Positions 36,628 to 47,018 of a DNA stretch of 64,000 nucleotides are shown piece by piece. How positions within the stretch are numbered: position 1 is the first letter of the stretch; the number at the start of each line of letters is the position of its first letter. This stretch comes from Candidatus Peregrinibacteria bacterium (GTDB lineage: Bacteria; Patescibacteriota; Gracilibacteria; UBA1369): assembly GCA_963708185.1 (NCBI GenBank), contig OY970195.1:320001-384000 (forward strand), given 5' to 3'. A program made the position numbers and the translations under genes. Below the pieces are notes generated by a model. That model did not search any database. It had not been told where the DNA came from and was given only the letters and a program-made list of their open reading frames with translations.

Positions 36628-37485
36628 ATGAATTTTATGAAAGTACGAGAACTCTTCAAACATATCCGTTCGAAATTGGGCCAACAGGGTGATTTCCTTG
36701 GGGCTGAGCTTCTGCTTGCCTATGTTTTGGATAAGGACCGCGCTTATCTTCAGGCTCACGATGATGAAGAGATTCCACAAGAGAGCATGAGGCGTTACGA
36801 TGAACTTTTTGGGAGAATGGCGGCCGGGGAACCCGTGGCATATCTTTTGGGACACAGGGAGTTTTACGGTCTTAATTTTTTCGTGGACCGCAGAGTATTG
36901 ATACCACGACCCGAAACCGAACATCTGGTTGAAAAGGTGTTGGACTATTGCCGGAAAAATACGGATGTCCTCAAGATTCTCGACCTTGGGACCGGCAGCG
37001 GGTGCATTGCTCTTTCGTTGGCAAAACTTTTGCCTTCAACCCACGTAACGGCAACGGATATTTCCGAGGATGCCCTCAACGTGGCTCGAATCAATGCGCA
37101 GCGGTTGGACCTCAAAAACAGGGTATCGTTGTTGCAGAGTGATTTGCTGGAATCCGTTTCCGGCCCTTTTGACGTCATTGTTGCGAATCTCCCCTACATT
37201 GGCGAGAAACGTTTTTCTTTCGTCAGTAAATCAGCGTACGATTATGAACCTCATGTTGCGCTTTTTGGCGGGAACGAGGGTTTGAGTTTGTACCGCAGGT
37301 TTTTTGAAGAGCTTTCGAGAATCTCCTGGAGGCCGCGTCTGCTCGTTGGAGAGTTCGGTTTTTTGCAAAAAGAAGAGCTTTTAGCCATTTTTCAATCGAT
37401 ATTCCCTGAAATTTCCATGCATTTTGAGCAAGATTATGCTCACATTGACCGGATGTTTGTGGTAGAATTTCCGTCGATTCCTTAA
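36628..37485 (+). CDS. prmC: Release factor glutamine methyltransferase
   Basis: [28 protein letters not shown] and YEPHVAL motifs; adjacent to prfA. Confidence 0.94.
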   Translation: MNFMKVRELFKHIRSKLGQQGDFLGAELLLAYVLDKDRAYLQAHDDEEIPQESMRRYDELFGRMAAGEPVAYLLGHREFYGLNFFVDRRVLIPRPETEHLVEKVLDYCRKNTDVLKILDLGTGSGCIALSLAKLLPSTHVTATDISEDALNVARINAQRLDLKNRVSLLQSDLLESVSGPFDVIVANLPYIGEKRFSFVSKSAYDYEPHVALFGGNEGLSLYRRFFEELSRISWRPRLLVGEFGFLQKEELLAIFQSIFPEISMHFEQDYAHIDRMFVVEFPSIP

Positions 37486-37501
37486 ATCTCGATTTGTTCA
37501 T

Positions 37502-38572
37502 ATGTTTACCAAGCTGGAACAACTGGAAAAAGAGTATGCGATGATTGAACAGCAGTTAGCCGATCCGGCCGTCATTTCACATCAACAGGAATACACCAAG
37601 CTGATGAGGCGTTATAAGGAAATAGGGAAGGCGGTTGTTTTGTTCCGCGACTATAAGCGCGCCGAGAAGGAGATGAAGGATGCCGAGGAGATTTTGAAAA
37701 CCGAGAAAGATGAAGGAATGCGCACGTTCGCCAAAGACCAGATGCAGTCGGCGAAAGAAGAGCGGGAAAAGATCGAAGAAGAACTGAAAGTGGAACTTTT
37801 ACCCAAGGACCCGAACGATTTCAAGAACGTCATCATGGAGATCCGTGCCGGTGCTGGAGGCGAAGAAGCCGCGCTTTTTGCGGGAGAGCTGTTCCGCATG
37901 TATTGCAAGTTTGCGGAAAACTGCGGTTTTAAAATCGAACTGATCAGTAAAAGTGAAGCGACGGCTGGTGGTCTGAAGGAAATCATTTTTAAAATTCTGG
38001 GTGACGGCGCTTACAGTAAATTCAAGTTCGAAAGCGGAGTTCATCGCGTTCAGAGGATTCCTTCAACGGAAAGCCAGGGGCGCATCCATACGTCGACGGT
38101 TACGGTCGCGGTTTTGCCCGAAGCTGAAGAGGTCGACGTCGAGATCAAAGATGCTGATCTTCGCATCGATGTGTTTCGTGCCGGCGGACCGGGAGGGCAG
38201 AGTGTCAATACAACCGATTCAGCCGTGCGCATTACGCACATACCAAGCGGACTCGTCGTTTCGCAGCAGGATGAAAAATCACAGTTAAAAAACAAGCAGA
38301 AGGCGATGGAGGTGCTCAGAACCCGTTTGTACGCCATGGAACAGGAAAAACGCCAGAAGGAGCTGGGTGAGAAACGCCTCAGTCAAATCGGTACCGGCGA
38401 ACGATCGGAAAAAATCAGGACCTATAATTTCCCCCAGGATCGTGTAACTGATCACCGCATCAAAGAGAGCTGGAGCAATTTGCCCTCGATTATGGAAGGC
38501 AACATCGATGAAATCGTCGATGACCTGACGATCGCGGAACAGACCGAACTTCTTGCGAACAAGAAAGGTTAA
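37502..38572 (+). CDS. prfA: Peptide chain release factor 1
   Basis: PxT motif (RIPSTE), GGQ, and [13 protein letters not shown]. Confidence 0.97.
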   Translation: MFTKLEQLEKEYAMIEQQLADPAVISHQQEYTKLMRRYKEIGKAVVLFRDYKRAEKEMKDAEEILKTEKDEGMRTFAKDQMQSAKEEREKIEEELKVELLPKDPNDFKNVIMEIRAGAGGEEAALFAGELFRMYCKFAENCGFKIELISKSEATAGGLKEIIFKILGDGAYSKFKFESGVHRVQRIPSTESQGRIHTSTVTVAVLPEAEEVDVEIKDADLRIDVFRAGGPGGQSVNTTDSAVRITHIPSGLVVSQQDEKSQLKNKQKAMEVLRTRLYAMEQEKRQKELGEKRLSQIGTGERSEKIRTYNFPQDRVTDHRIKESWSNLPSIMEGNIDEIVDDLTIAEQTELLANKKG

Positions 38573-40026
38573 TTTTTCCGGTAATGGGCTCCGAGGCTTT
38601 TGCGCCGTTTTAAGGATGCCCGGACGATAAGTTCCGCGACGTTCAGCATGTTTTGGAGTTCAAGCTTCGCAATACTTTCTTCTTTTGGAAGCTGCTTTTT
38701 GATTGATTGGATGCGTTTCAGTGCTTGCTTGAGTAAATTTTTTGTTCGGATGATGCCGACGTTGTTCCACATCAAAGTTTGAAGTGTTTTTTTAAGCTTC
38801 GTTATTTTTTTTGAGGCTTTGGGATAGTGCCGTTTTGTTGCTGAGATCTTCGGGAAATTTTTTATCACCGGAAGAGGGGAGTCCATAACGTGTTCTCCCA
38901 TGATAGCGGCTTCCAGAAGTGAATTGGAAGCGAGACGGTTGGCTCCCTGGAGTCCGGTGCAGGCGACCTCTCCCAATGCGTATAGATTGCGGATGTTGGT
39001 CTTCCCGTCCAGACCCGCGATGATGCCTCCGCAGAGATAATGCGCGGCGGGCGTGACGGGGATGAGGTCTTTCCCCATGTCGAAACCTTGATCTTTGAGA
39101 TAGGCGTAAATCGTCGGGAATTTTTTCCGCAGTTCGGACGTTTTACGATGTCTGATGTCTAAAAAGATCTTTCCCTTTTTTTGTTCCTGGTAGGTGGCGA
39201 TCGAAACGATGTCCCTCGGTGCCAGCTCGGCGTCTTTGTGATATTTCAGCATGTAGCGTTCGCCTTTGGCGTTGAGTAAAAGCGCTCCTTCCCCTCGCAC
39301 CGTTTCGGAAATAAGAAAAAGAGGCGATCTTGCTTTGGCAAAAGCCGTCGGGTGGAACTGGACGAATTCCATGTCTTTGATGTTACAGCCGGCTCTGGCG
39401 GCCAGGGCTATTCCGTCTCCGGTCGTTATCGTCGGGTTGGTCGTGTAACGGTAAAGCTGCCCGACGCCTCCGGTGGCCAAAACGATTCTCCGGGCAAAAA
39501 CCGGAACACACAGGTTTTTTCTGATGATTTTTACGCCGTAGCAGATTTTGTTTTTTACGATGAAATCCTTGGCGAAGCAGTTTTCCCAAATGGTGATGTT
39601 CGGTTTTTTCCTGACGAGTTTGACCAGGGTCTCGACAATGCTCAGTCCGGTATGGTCGCCGACGTGGACGATTCTTCTGAAGCGATGTCCAGCTTCCTGA
39701 TTTTGCAGAAATTTCCCCTGCGAAGTTTTTTCGAAACTGACACCGAGTTTTTGGAGCATCTTGATGAGTTTCGGAGACTGTTCGATGAAATATTTTACAA
39801 CGCTTTTGTTATTGTGGAAGGCTCCGGCTATCATGGTGTCTTCCACATGTTTCGCGAAATTGTCATGGGGTTGGAATACCGCGGCGATGCCGCCCTGTGC
39901 GTATCTTGAATTGCTTTCGGTAAGCTGGGATTTAGTCACCAGCAACACGTTTCCTTTTTTGGAAGCGTGAAGGGCGCTGGTCAATCCCGCCAGCCCGGAG
40001 CCGATAATAACAACATCGTACAACAT
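38569..40026 (-). CDS. nadB: L-aspartate oxidase
   Basis: [38 protein letters not shown] and [12 protein letters not shown] motifs. Confidence 0.92.
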   Translation of the reverse strand: MLYDVVIIGSGLAGLTSALHASKKGNVLLVTKSQLTESNSRYAQGGIAAVFQPHDNFAKHVEDTMIAGAFHNNKSVVKYFIEQSPKLIKMLQKLGVSFEKTSQGKFLQNQEAGHRFRRIVHVGDHTGLSIVETLVKLVRKKPNITIWENCFAKDFIVKNKICYGVKIIRKNLCVPVFARRIVLATGGVGQLYRYTTNPTITTGDGIALAARAGCNIKDMEFVQFHPTAFAKARSPLFLISETVRGEGALLLNAKGERYMLKYHKDAELAPRDIVSIATYQEQKKGKIFLDIRHRKTSELRKKFPTIYAYLKDQGFDMGKDLIPVTPAAHYLCGGIIAGLDGKTNIRNLYALGEVACTGLQGANRLASNSLLEAAIMGEHVMDSPLPVIKNFPKISATKRHYPKASKKITKLKKTLQTLMWNNVGIIRTKNLLKQALKRIQSIKKQLPKEESIAKLELQNMLNVAELIVRASLKRRKSLGAHYRKN

Positions 40027-40030
40027 TGGA

Positions 40031-40366
40031 TTAGTTCCAGAATTGAATATTCTGCCAGGTCTGCTGGAGCTGGGGACCGATTTTACTGAAATCGGGAATC
40101 AGTTTTGAAAAAAAGGTCGTCATGGCGTCGAAGTTCGCCTTGAGAGCGTTGACGTTATTGTTGAGGACATCGAGATAATGCGTTATTTCCGACCAAAGGT
40201 AATAACCCAGGATGAGGATGACGATCGAGGGAATAATGATGAGCAAAGCGTGGACGATCCGGCCGATCCGAGCTTCCCGGTGTTCTTTCCGCTGGATTTC
40301 GGCAATGTTTTGCAGAAGGGTGTTCTCTTTTTCCAGCAGTGCGATGATTTGTTGATTTTGGTCCAT
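40031..40366 (-). CDS. Hypothetical single-TM protein
   Basis: Central hydrophobic helix flanked by amphipathic helices. Confidence 0.7.
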   Translation of the reverse strand: MDQNQQIIALLEKENTLLQNIAEIQRKEHREARIGRIVHALLIIIPSIVILILGYYLWSEITHYLDVLNNNVNALKANFDAMTTFFSKLIPDFSKIGPQLQQTWQNIQFWN

Positions 40367-40374
40367 ACAAGAAA

Positions 40375-41043
40375 TTATTTTTGTTCTTTTTCCATTGTAC
40401 TCAATTTTTGGAGAAGGTCATCACGAAATTGCGAATTTTCGGGCGGGAGCATGGAAGTGGGATGGACCTCCTGGTGTTCGTTTTGTTCGTTTTTTTGCAG
40501 ACTGGGGTGTCTGAACTCATCCGGAAACCGGCGGCGGGTTTCTTCATAGAGTACCATGAGGCGCCGCGCAGGCTGTTTGGCGAGCGGGTTGCTCCGCCGC
40601 CGGTCTTTCAGGTCTTCTTCAAAGGCGTCCGGGTCGTCGCCGGGTTCAAATTTCAGAACGTCAATGGAGTGGAAGTAGGCCTTGACCCCCATTTGCAGCC
40701 TTTGTATTTCAGTCAGAGGAGGAGCCTGAAGATTCATATCTTCTCTGAGCGCCTCCTTCGCCTCATTTTTGTTGAGGCTCACGGCCCTGGCAAGATCGGC
40801 AAGTATTGTTTTTGTTTTTTCATCCGCCCAGTCAGCCCTGAATGCATCAGCGGAGAAGCGAAACGCCAGATTGGGAAAGTTTAAAAAAAGCTCAAGACGT
40901 TGAGCTTCGGTGAGTTGGGTTAAAAGTGATATCAGTTCTTCGTCTTTTTTAAAAGAAGACATCTGTTTTTCCCGCTCATGGGAGTCTGTTGATCTTTTGA
41001 CAGAGTCAAAGAGAGATTCTTCAGGAGCGGTTCCTTGGGGCAT
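40375..41043 (-). CDS. Hypothetical protein
   Basis: 222-aa ORF, tightly packed and co-oriented. Confidence 0.65.
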   Translation of the reverse strand: MPQGTAPEESLFDSVKRSTDSHEREKQMSSFKKDEELISLLTQLTEAQRLELFLNFPNLAFRFSADAFRADWADEKTKTILADLARAVSLNKNEAKEALREDMNLQAPPLTEIQRLQMGVKAYFHSIDVLKFEPGDDPDAFEEDLKDRRRSNPLAKQPARRLMVLYEETRRRFPDEFRHPSLQKNEQNEHQEVHPTSMLPPENSQFRDDLLQKLSTMEKEQK

Positions 41044-41052
41044 GTGGTTTGG

Positions 41053-41463
41053 TTAGTCTTTATCCGGGTTTTTTGCAGCCGCTGAGACCGTTTCTGTTAC
41101 CTCGTCCGTACCGGTTTTGAAGAGCGACCTGGCAGCTTCTTCAAATATTCCCTGACTTGGCGGGATGTTCGTGGTAGCCAGACGTTCAGGCGTCATGGAG
41201 CTTCGTGGCGGGACGCTAATTTTTTCTTCCGGGGCCGGCTCCTGTTCGGTCGGGTTTTCACCATTTGTATCGTTGATTTCCACGGCACCCTGAAGACTTT
41301 CTTCCATGAGTTTTTTTGTCAAAGCACCGATGTCTCCGACTTTTGATCCCGCAGGTAAGGCGAGGCTCGGCTCTTTACGTCGGCGCAGAGCTTTGATCTC
41401 TTCATCGGATAAAACCGGGTTTTCACCTTCCGGAGCCGGAAGAGTGGATGGAGTTTTCATCAT
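41053..41463 (-). CDS. Hypothetical disordered protein
   Basis: 136-aa Pro/Glu/Thr-rich ORF. Confidence 0.6.
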   Translation of the reverse strand: MMKTPSTLPAPEGENPVLSDEEIKALRRRKEPSLALPAGSKVGDIGALTKKLMEESLQGAVEINDTNGENPTEQEPAPEEKISVPPRSSMTPERLATTNIPPSQGIFEEAARSLFKTGTDEVTETVSAAAKNPDKD

Positions 41464-41541
41464 GATTTCAATATGTTAAGGCGATAATTAAACAGAAATT
41501 TAACATATTAGTCAATGTCAGCCCTATGGTACAATATTTTC

Positions 41542-42312
41542 ATGTTTACCGATACCCATTCTCACATCCATTTTAGCAAAGAGTTCCCGGATGTTGAGGA
41601 CATTTTGATTAGAGCTCAAAAAAAAGCCGTCTCAAGGCAGATTATCGTTGGGTGCACGGTGAAGGATTCCTATGAGGCTCTGGACTTTGTCAAAAACCAC
41701 GGGCAATTTTCCCTCTGGTCCACCCTTGGGGTTCATCCTCACAATGCAGACGAATGGAACGACGACACGAGAAAAAAATTTCTATCAACGGTGGAAAAAG
41801 AGAAGAAGGTCGTCGCGTTGGGTGAGCTTGGGTTGGATTATTTCAGGAATTTCAAGCCGAAAGACGTACAACTGAAAGCTTTTTCCGAACAGCTTGCGTT
41901 GGCGAAAGCACTTGATCTCCCGGTAGTCGTTCATGTCCGTGACGCCTGGGACGATGCCATGAAGGGACTCAAGGCAGCCGGCAATACGAAAGTTATTCTT
42001 CATTGTTTCACGGGAACCGAGGAGTACGCGGCAATTTGTAATGACAGGGGATACCATTTATCCTTTTCCGGGGTTCTCACGTATCCTAAAAACGCTTACC
42101 TCAGGGAAATAGCATCAAAACTTCCCTCCGAGCTGCTGTTGATCGAAACCGACTGTCCGTACCTTACACCCCAGGTTTTCAGGGGCAAGAGAAACGAGCC
42201 GGCGTTCGTGGTGGAAACTGCGAAGGTCCTGGCGGAAGTCAGGGGTGTGACGCTGGACGAGGTCGGGGAACAGACAACGGCCAATGCGGTCAGGCTTTTT
42301 GCAATTTCATAA
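41542..42312 (+). CDS. tatD: TatD-family hydrolase
   Basis: DTHSH, GVHPH, GELGLDY, HCF, ETDCPY and RNEP motifs. Confidence 0.93.
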   Translation: MFTDTHSHIHFSKEFPDVEDILIRAQKKAVSRQIIVGCTVKDSYEALDFVKNHGQFSLWSTLGVHPHNADEWNDDTRKKFLSTVEKEKKVVALGELGLDYFRNFKPKDVQLKAFSEQLALAKALDLPVVVHVRDAWDDAMKGLKAAGNTKVILHCFTGTEEYAAICNDRGYHLSFSGVLTYPKNAYLREIASKLPSELLLIETDCPYLTPQVFRGKRNEPAFVVETAKVLAEVRGVTLDEVGEQTTANAVRLFAIS

Positions 42313-43633
42313 GTTCCTGAAGATCCTGGACCTGGACGACGCTTATGGTTTTTGACGTCGGAGTTTTACTGATTTTGGGGACGAAGATTTTTTTGAACCC
42401 GAGCTTCTCGGCCTCTTTAATTCTTTTGGCGAGTTCGGAGACGCTCCTGAGTTCACCGGAAAGTCCGATTTCACCAATGTAGATGCTGTCGGCGGTGACC
42501 GGTTTTTGCGTCAGCGACGATATGATGGCGACGGCGACGGCCAGGTCAGCGGCCGGCTCGTTGAGACGGAAGCCGCCGACGATGTTAACGTATACGTCCT
42601 GGTTGGAGAGATTGAACTTGAGGTGTTTCTGGATGACGGCGATAAGCAGCTGGAGCCGGTTGTTGTCGAAGCCGCTTGCGGCGCGTTTGGGATATCCGAA
42701 GGCCGTAAGATTCGTTAAGGCCTGGACTTCAAGCAGCAATGGCCTGGTTCCTTCGACCGTGGCGGTTATCGCCGAGCCGAAACTGTCCTTTTTCCTGCCT
42801 TCAAGAAAAAGTTCGGAAGGGTTTGCCACTTCACTGAGTCCTTTCTCGTTCATTTCAAAGATTCCGACTTCATGAGTCGGGCCGAAACGGTTCTTCATAC
42901 TGCGGAGCATGCGCAGGTTCTGGTAGCGTTCGCCTTCCAGAAAGAGGACCGTATCGACAAGGTGTTCAAGGATTCGAGGTCCCGCCAGGTTTCCGTCTTT
43001 GGTGACGTGACCAATGAGGATCACCGGCGTAGCGGTCCTTTTTGCGAACTCCATCAGCCGTTCCGTGCAGTAGCGCACCTGGCTTATGCTGCCGGCCAGC
43101 GATCCGATGTCGGACGAATACATGACCTGGATCGAGTCGATAATGACGCATTCAGGCTTCGAAGATTCCACCGTGGCCAGGATATGTTCGAACTGCGTTT
43201 CGCCAAGAAAATCGATGGGTTCCTTCATACCGAGTCTTTGCGCTCGCGAAGAGATCTGGTGTTTGGACTCTTCACCCGATACGTAAAGGACCTTTCGTTT
43301 TTTTGCGGCGATGCGGTTGCAGATCTGGAGCGTCAGTGTGGATTTTCCTATTCCGGGTTCTCCGCTTAAAAGGACCATGCTCCCTTTTACCAGTCCGCTT
43401 CCCAGTACTCTGTTCAGTTCTTCTATGCCAGTATCGATCCTTGATTCGACGCTTTCGTCATGAACAAGAGGGCTCGTACTGAGCACCTTGCCGGCGCTTT
43501 TTTGCTTTGACGGCGATTTCTCGACGACGTCCTCCTGGAAGGAGTTCCATGCATCACAGTCCGGACATTTTCCGAGCCATTTCGGCGATTCGTAACTGCA
43601 CTTTTCGCAGATGTAAATGTTTTTCAGTTTCAT
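42290..43633 (-). CDS. radA: DNA repair protein RadA/Sms
   Basis: C4 Zn finger, GEPGIGKS, KNRFG and a Lon-like C-terminus. Confidence 0.96.
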   Translation of the reverse strand: MKLKNIYICEKCSYESPKWLGKCPDCDAWNSFQEDVVEKSPSKQKSAGKVLSTSPLVHDESVESRIDTGIEELNRVLGSGLVKGSMVLLSGEPGIGKSTLTLQICNRIAAKKRKVLYVSGEESKHQISSRAQRLGMKEPIDFLGETQFEHILATVESSKPECVIIDSIQVMYSSDIGSLAGSISQVRYCTERLMEFAKRTATPVILIGHVTKDGNLAGPRILEHLVDTVLFLEGERYQNLRMLRSMKNRFGPTHEVGIFEMNEKGLSEVANPSELFLEGRKKDSFGSAITATVEGTRPLLLEVQALTNLTAFGYPKRAASGFDNNRLQLLIAVIQKHLKFNLSNQDVYVNIVGGFRLNEPAADLAVAVAIISSLTQKPVTADSIYIGEIGLSGELRSVSELAKRIKEAEKLGFKKIFVPKISKTPTSKTISVVQVQDLQELMKLQKA

Positions 43634-44772
43634 GTGTTTTGTTTATCACCTAGGACATTATGGTAAACCTTTTTTGTTTTTTCCACCATCGTCCTGATGT
43701 CGAACTGTTTGACTTTATGGTGTCCCAAAAACGCAAGTTTTTCCATAAGCGGTCGGTTGTTGAGAAGCGCAAGAATCGTCTGGGCGAGTGCATCGTAATC
43801 TTTCGGTTGAACGAGAAATCCTGTTTTCCTGTCATCGACGATTTCAGGGATCCCGCCCACCTTGGTCGCTACCACGGGCAGTTGGGCTGCCATTGCCTCG
43901 AGCAGGACCAGCCCGAAAGCTTCTTTTACGCTGGGAAGGACAAACAGGTCGCTGCTTTTGAGAAGTTTTGGAATGTTCTCCTGGTGTCCCAGAAATTTTA
44001 CCTTCTCACGGATTTTCAGTTTTTCGGACAGTTTGATGAGGTCATTTTTTTCAGGTCCTTCGCCAACAATAACGAGCTTTGTATTATTTTTTTGCTCAGC
44101 TATTTTTTTCATGGCTCTCAGGAGATATTTCAACCCCTTTCGCGGATGGAGTGCGGCGATGGTCAAGAGCACGGTATCGTCCGGTCCTGCTCCGAAAAGC
44201 TGCGATCTGATTTTCTGTTTCTCCTGGGTTGAAAAGTGGAAGAGCTCTTTTTCAAACGCTTCAAGATCAATTCCGTTGTGGATGACACTCACCTTATTTT
44301 TCAGCTGGGGGTACCAGGCAAGCATCTGTTTCAAATTCGCTTCAGACACGGTTATTGAATGGCTGGTTCTTGAGAGCGCGCGTCGCTTGATGTTTTTTTT
44401 CAGTCCCGTCAGCAGAAAAGGGTCATGTTCCGTCGTAACGATGGGAACGTTTTTTTTCATTCCCGCCCAAAAAGCGTAACGGCAGGAACCCGGATTCCAT
44501 AAATGAAGATGGAGCAGGTCGGGCGTTTCTTTCTGAAGGATTTTTTTCAACTGGAGATAGTGCCTGGGGTCATGTTTGTGGCTGACTTTCAAGCGTATGA
44601 TTTGGATCCCGTCTTTTTTCATTTCACTGCACCACGGGTCGAGTTTCTTTGAGTTCGAACATACCAGCCGGACATGATATCCGTCCTTTATCAGTTTTTT
44701 CGCCAGAAGGTGAATGTGTTTTTCGGCGCCTCCGGTGAAAGGGGTGTCGGTATAGAAAAGAATGTTGTTCAT
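43630..44772 (-). CDS. Glycosyltransferase family 4
   Basis: GGAE, RKG and EAFGLVLLEAMA..PVVAT.VGG motifs. Confidence 0.92.
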   Translation of the reverse strand: MNNILFYTDTPFTGGAEKHIHLLAKKLIKDGYHVRLVCSNSKKLDPWCSEMKKDGIQIIRLKVSHKHDPRHYLQLKKILQKETPDLLHLHLWNPGSCRYAFWAGMKKNVPIVTTEHDPFLLTGLKKNIKRRALSRTSHSITVSEANLKQMLAWYPQLKNKVSVIHNGIDLEAFEKELFHFSTQEKQKIRSQLFGAGPDDTVLLTIAALHPRKGLKYLLRAMKKIAEQKNNTKLVIVGEGPEKNDLIKLSEKLKIREKVKFLGHQENIPKLLKSSDLFVLPSVKEAFGLVLLEAMAAQLPVVATKVGGIPEIVDDRKTGFLVQPKDYDALAQTILALLNNRPLMEKLAFLGHHKVKQFDIRTMVEKTKKVYHNVLGDKQNT

Positions 44773-44890
44773 AACAAATCCATTTTAGTAAAAAACCGCT
44801 TGAATCAACAGGGCAAGAGTGTTAATTTTATTGCGCTCTTTTTCAAGAAGGGTTGAAGTACGTATTTGTCTCATGTGTCGGGTGGAGTGC

Positions 44891-44966
44891 GGGTCAGTAG
44901 CTCAGCTGGTAGAGCAACTCCCTCTTAAGGAGATGGTCCCCGGTTCAAGCCCGGGCTGGCCCACCA
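44891..44966 (+). tRNA. tRNA-Lys(CTT)
   Basis: Cloverleaf: GGGTCAG/CTGGCCC acceptor, anticodon loop CTCTTAA, TTCAAGC T-loop, encoded CCA. Confidence 0.93.
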
Positions 44967-44993
44967 AGATGACTTGAGCAAAATTTTCAAAAC

Positions 44994-45021
44994 AAAAGCC
45001 GCTGACAATCCAGCGGCTTTT
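44994..45021. terminator. Bidirectional intrinsic terminator
   Basis: AAAAGCCGCTG-ACAATC-CAGCGGCTTTT. Confidence 0.8.
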
Positions 45022-45050
45022 GAAGATTTTCTGATCGTGAGTTTGTGCGT

Positions 45051-46145
45051 TTATTGAACGGTAACGGTGCCGGTCATAAACGGATGGATTGAACAGTGGT
45101 AGCTATATGTTCCCGGAGTGTTAAAGGTATAGCTGAAGGTGTCTCCGTTGTTGAGGTTTCCACTGTCGAAGGTTGTGCCGTCGTCGCTGGTAACGGTGTG
45201 CGTGGTTGAATCCGAGTTGGTCCATACCACCGTTTGTCCCGCTGAAATGGTGAGATCGGCGGGAGCAAACGCAAAGTTGGCGATGTCGACGTTCATGGAC
45301 TGTTCTTGTGTTGTTTGTTGAGTTGTTTCCTGCGTCATTTCTTGAGTCATTTGTTGGGTTGTTTCCTGTGTCATGGCTTGCGTCATTTCTTGAGTCATGG
45401 CTTGGGTTTCCTGCTGGCTCATGGCCTGGACCTCTTCAGGAGTCATGTACTTGTCCCATCCCATTTCTTTCAGGTACATGAGGCGGTACATGGCTTCGGA
45501 AAGTTTGCCTCTGGTCATGCCCTGTGCCGGGGAAACCATGTTGTTGCTGTCGGCGTCGATAAGATTTTTTTCTTTGGCGTATTCCACGTAAGGTGCGTAC
45601 CACTGGTTCATATATGCGTCTGCGTAAGGATCTGCACTTACGGTGAGACCGGACACGTCAATCTGCTGAGCGAGCAGAAGGATTTTAAGGTTTTCAACCA
45701 GATTTACGGTTTGGGCCGGTTTGAAAGTTCCGTCATCGTATCCCTGGACAATGCCGAGGTTTTTCGCTTTGTCCACGTAAACAGCGTACCAGTCGTCTCG
45801 TGGAACGTCGCGGAACGGTTCGAGATCAACGGAGTCAGCGACCTGGATGCCGGAACCGAGAAGGATAATCTTCAGCGCTTCAGCGCGGTTGACGACTTGG
45901 TCAGGTTTGAAAGTTCCGTCTGGATAGCCGTCGATGACACCATGGTCTTTCAAATACATGATGGCAGTATAATCAGGAGTTGACGTTGAAACGTCGGAAA
46001 ACACCTGTGTTCCCGAATCCATGGACATTGATGTGTCCGTGGAAGTACTGGTATCGCTCATCATTTGCGCACCTACGATCATCGGCAACGAAAACATGAG
46101 GATGCTCCCACTTAAGATACCAGCGAGAGTCTTTTTGACTTTCAT
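45051..46145 (-). CDS. Secreted SLH-repeat protein with C-terminal cupredoxin (plastocyanin/amicyanin-like) domain
   Basis: Probable start MKVKK. SLH motifs GYPDGTFKPD and GYDDGTFKP; type-1 Cu ligands HTVT...YHCSIHPFM. Confidence 0.85.
   Translation of the reverse strand: MKVKKTLAGILSGSILMFSLPMIVGAQMMSDTSTSTDTSMSMDSGTQVFSDVSTSTPDYTAIMYLKDHGVIDGYPDGTFKPDQVVNRAEALKIILLGSGIQVADSVDLEPFRDVPRDDWYAVYVDKAKNLGIVQGYDDGTFKPAQTVNLVENLKILLLAQQIDVSGLTVSADPYADAYMNQWYAPYVEYAKEKNLIDADSNNMVSPAQGMTRGKLSEAMYRLMYLKEMGWDKYMTPEEVQAMSQQETQAMTQEMTQAMTQETTQQMTQEMTQETTQQTTQEQSMNVDIANFAFAPADLTISAGQTVVWTNSDSTTHTVTSDDGTTFDSGNLNNGDTFSYTFNTPGTYSYHCSIHPFMTGTVTVQ
45303..45425 (-). repeat. Degenerate 12-bp tandem repeat encoding (QE/QA/QQ)(M/T)T units
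   Basis: Translation ..QETQAMTQEMTQAMTQETTQQMTQEMTQETTQQTTQE.. Confidence 0.8.
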
Positions 46146-46191
46146 CTGAAAAGGGTTAAATAATAATGACCCGTAGATTTTAGCACATTTT

Positions 46192-47016
46192 ATGCCGGAA
46201 TTACCAGAAGTTGAAACAATCGTCAGAGAATTAAGACCCAAAGTTGTCGGGAAAAAATTTTGGTGCGTGGAAGGAAAGCTGAAATATGTTTTTCTTCCTT
46301 CATACGAAGAGATCTCCTCAGGGATCAAAAACCTGAAGATTTCCGGAATTGAACGACGCGGAAAATTTATAGTTTTTATTCTTGAACGAAACTTGAGGCT
46401 CGTGATCCATCTTCGCATGAGCGGACGCCTTCTTTGGAAAAAAGTTCCCAGGAAGGAGAAGCATATCAGGGCTGTTTTCCGTTTTACAGACGGAACGTCG
46501 CTTATTTTTTCCGATGCGAGGAAGTTCGGGAGGATCTGGTTTTATTCCGTGATGGATTATGAGACGGCAACCGGAATTTCGCGATTGGGAATTGAGCCGT
46601 TTTCCTCTACATTCAGCCGTAATTCTTTGAATAAACTTTTTGTTCAAAGAAGGGGATTTCTAAAAAATACGCTTTTACGTCAGGACGTTATCGCAGGAAT
46701 CGGGAACATTTATGCAGATGAAATTTGTTACCGTATCGGTCTTCATCCTCGGTCGCGCCTGGAACGTCTGAAGCCCGGTGATTTGTTTCGCCTTCATGAA
46801 GCTGTTTTGTATTGTCTGGGTGAGGGGATTGAACACTGCGGTGCGTCGGTTTCAGATTTTGTGGGAACAAGAGGTACGCTTGGAAAACACCAGAAATATT
46901 TGCAGGTTTACGGGAGGAAGGACGATCCCTGTCACCAGTGCGGTTCGGTCATACAAAAAACGAAGGTCGCAGGACGCGGAACCTTCGTTTGTGTTCAATG
47001 TCAGGTTATACGGTGA
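46192..47016 (+). CDS. mutM: Formamidopyrimidine-DNA glycosylase
   Basis: MPELPEVET, RRGK, HLRMSG, GIGNIYADE and a C-terminal Zn finger. Confidence 0.96.
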   Translation: MPELPEVETIVRELRPKVVGKKFWCVEGKLKYVFLPSYEEISSGIKNLKISGIERRGKFIVFILERNLRLVIHLRMSGRLLWKKVPRKEKHIRAVFRFTDGTSLIFSDARKFGRIWFYSVMDYETATGISRLGIEPFSSTFSRNSLNKLFVQRRGFLKNTLLRQDVIAGIGNIYADEICYRIGLHPRSRLERLKPGDLFRLHEAVLYCLGEGIEHCGASVSDFVGTRGTLGKHQKYLQVYGRKDDPCHQCGSVIQKTKVAGRGTFVCVQCQVIR

Positions 47017-47018
47017 TT

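Noticed and set aside
45303-45425. CRISPR array or DGR-type repeat
   Set aside because: The repeats are in-frame 12-bp coding units without spacers; no cas or RT genes were seen in the window.
46146-46418. N-terminal extensions of the SLH-cupredoxin ORF (and of glmS at 11582-11680 and the FecR-like ORF at 28316-28414)
   Set aside because: They overlap neighbouring genes or promoters; downstream ATGs give proper signal peptides or the catalytic N-terminal Cys.
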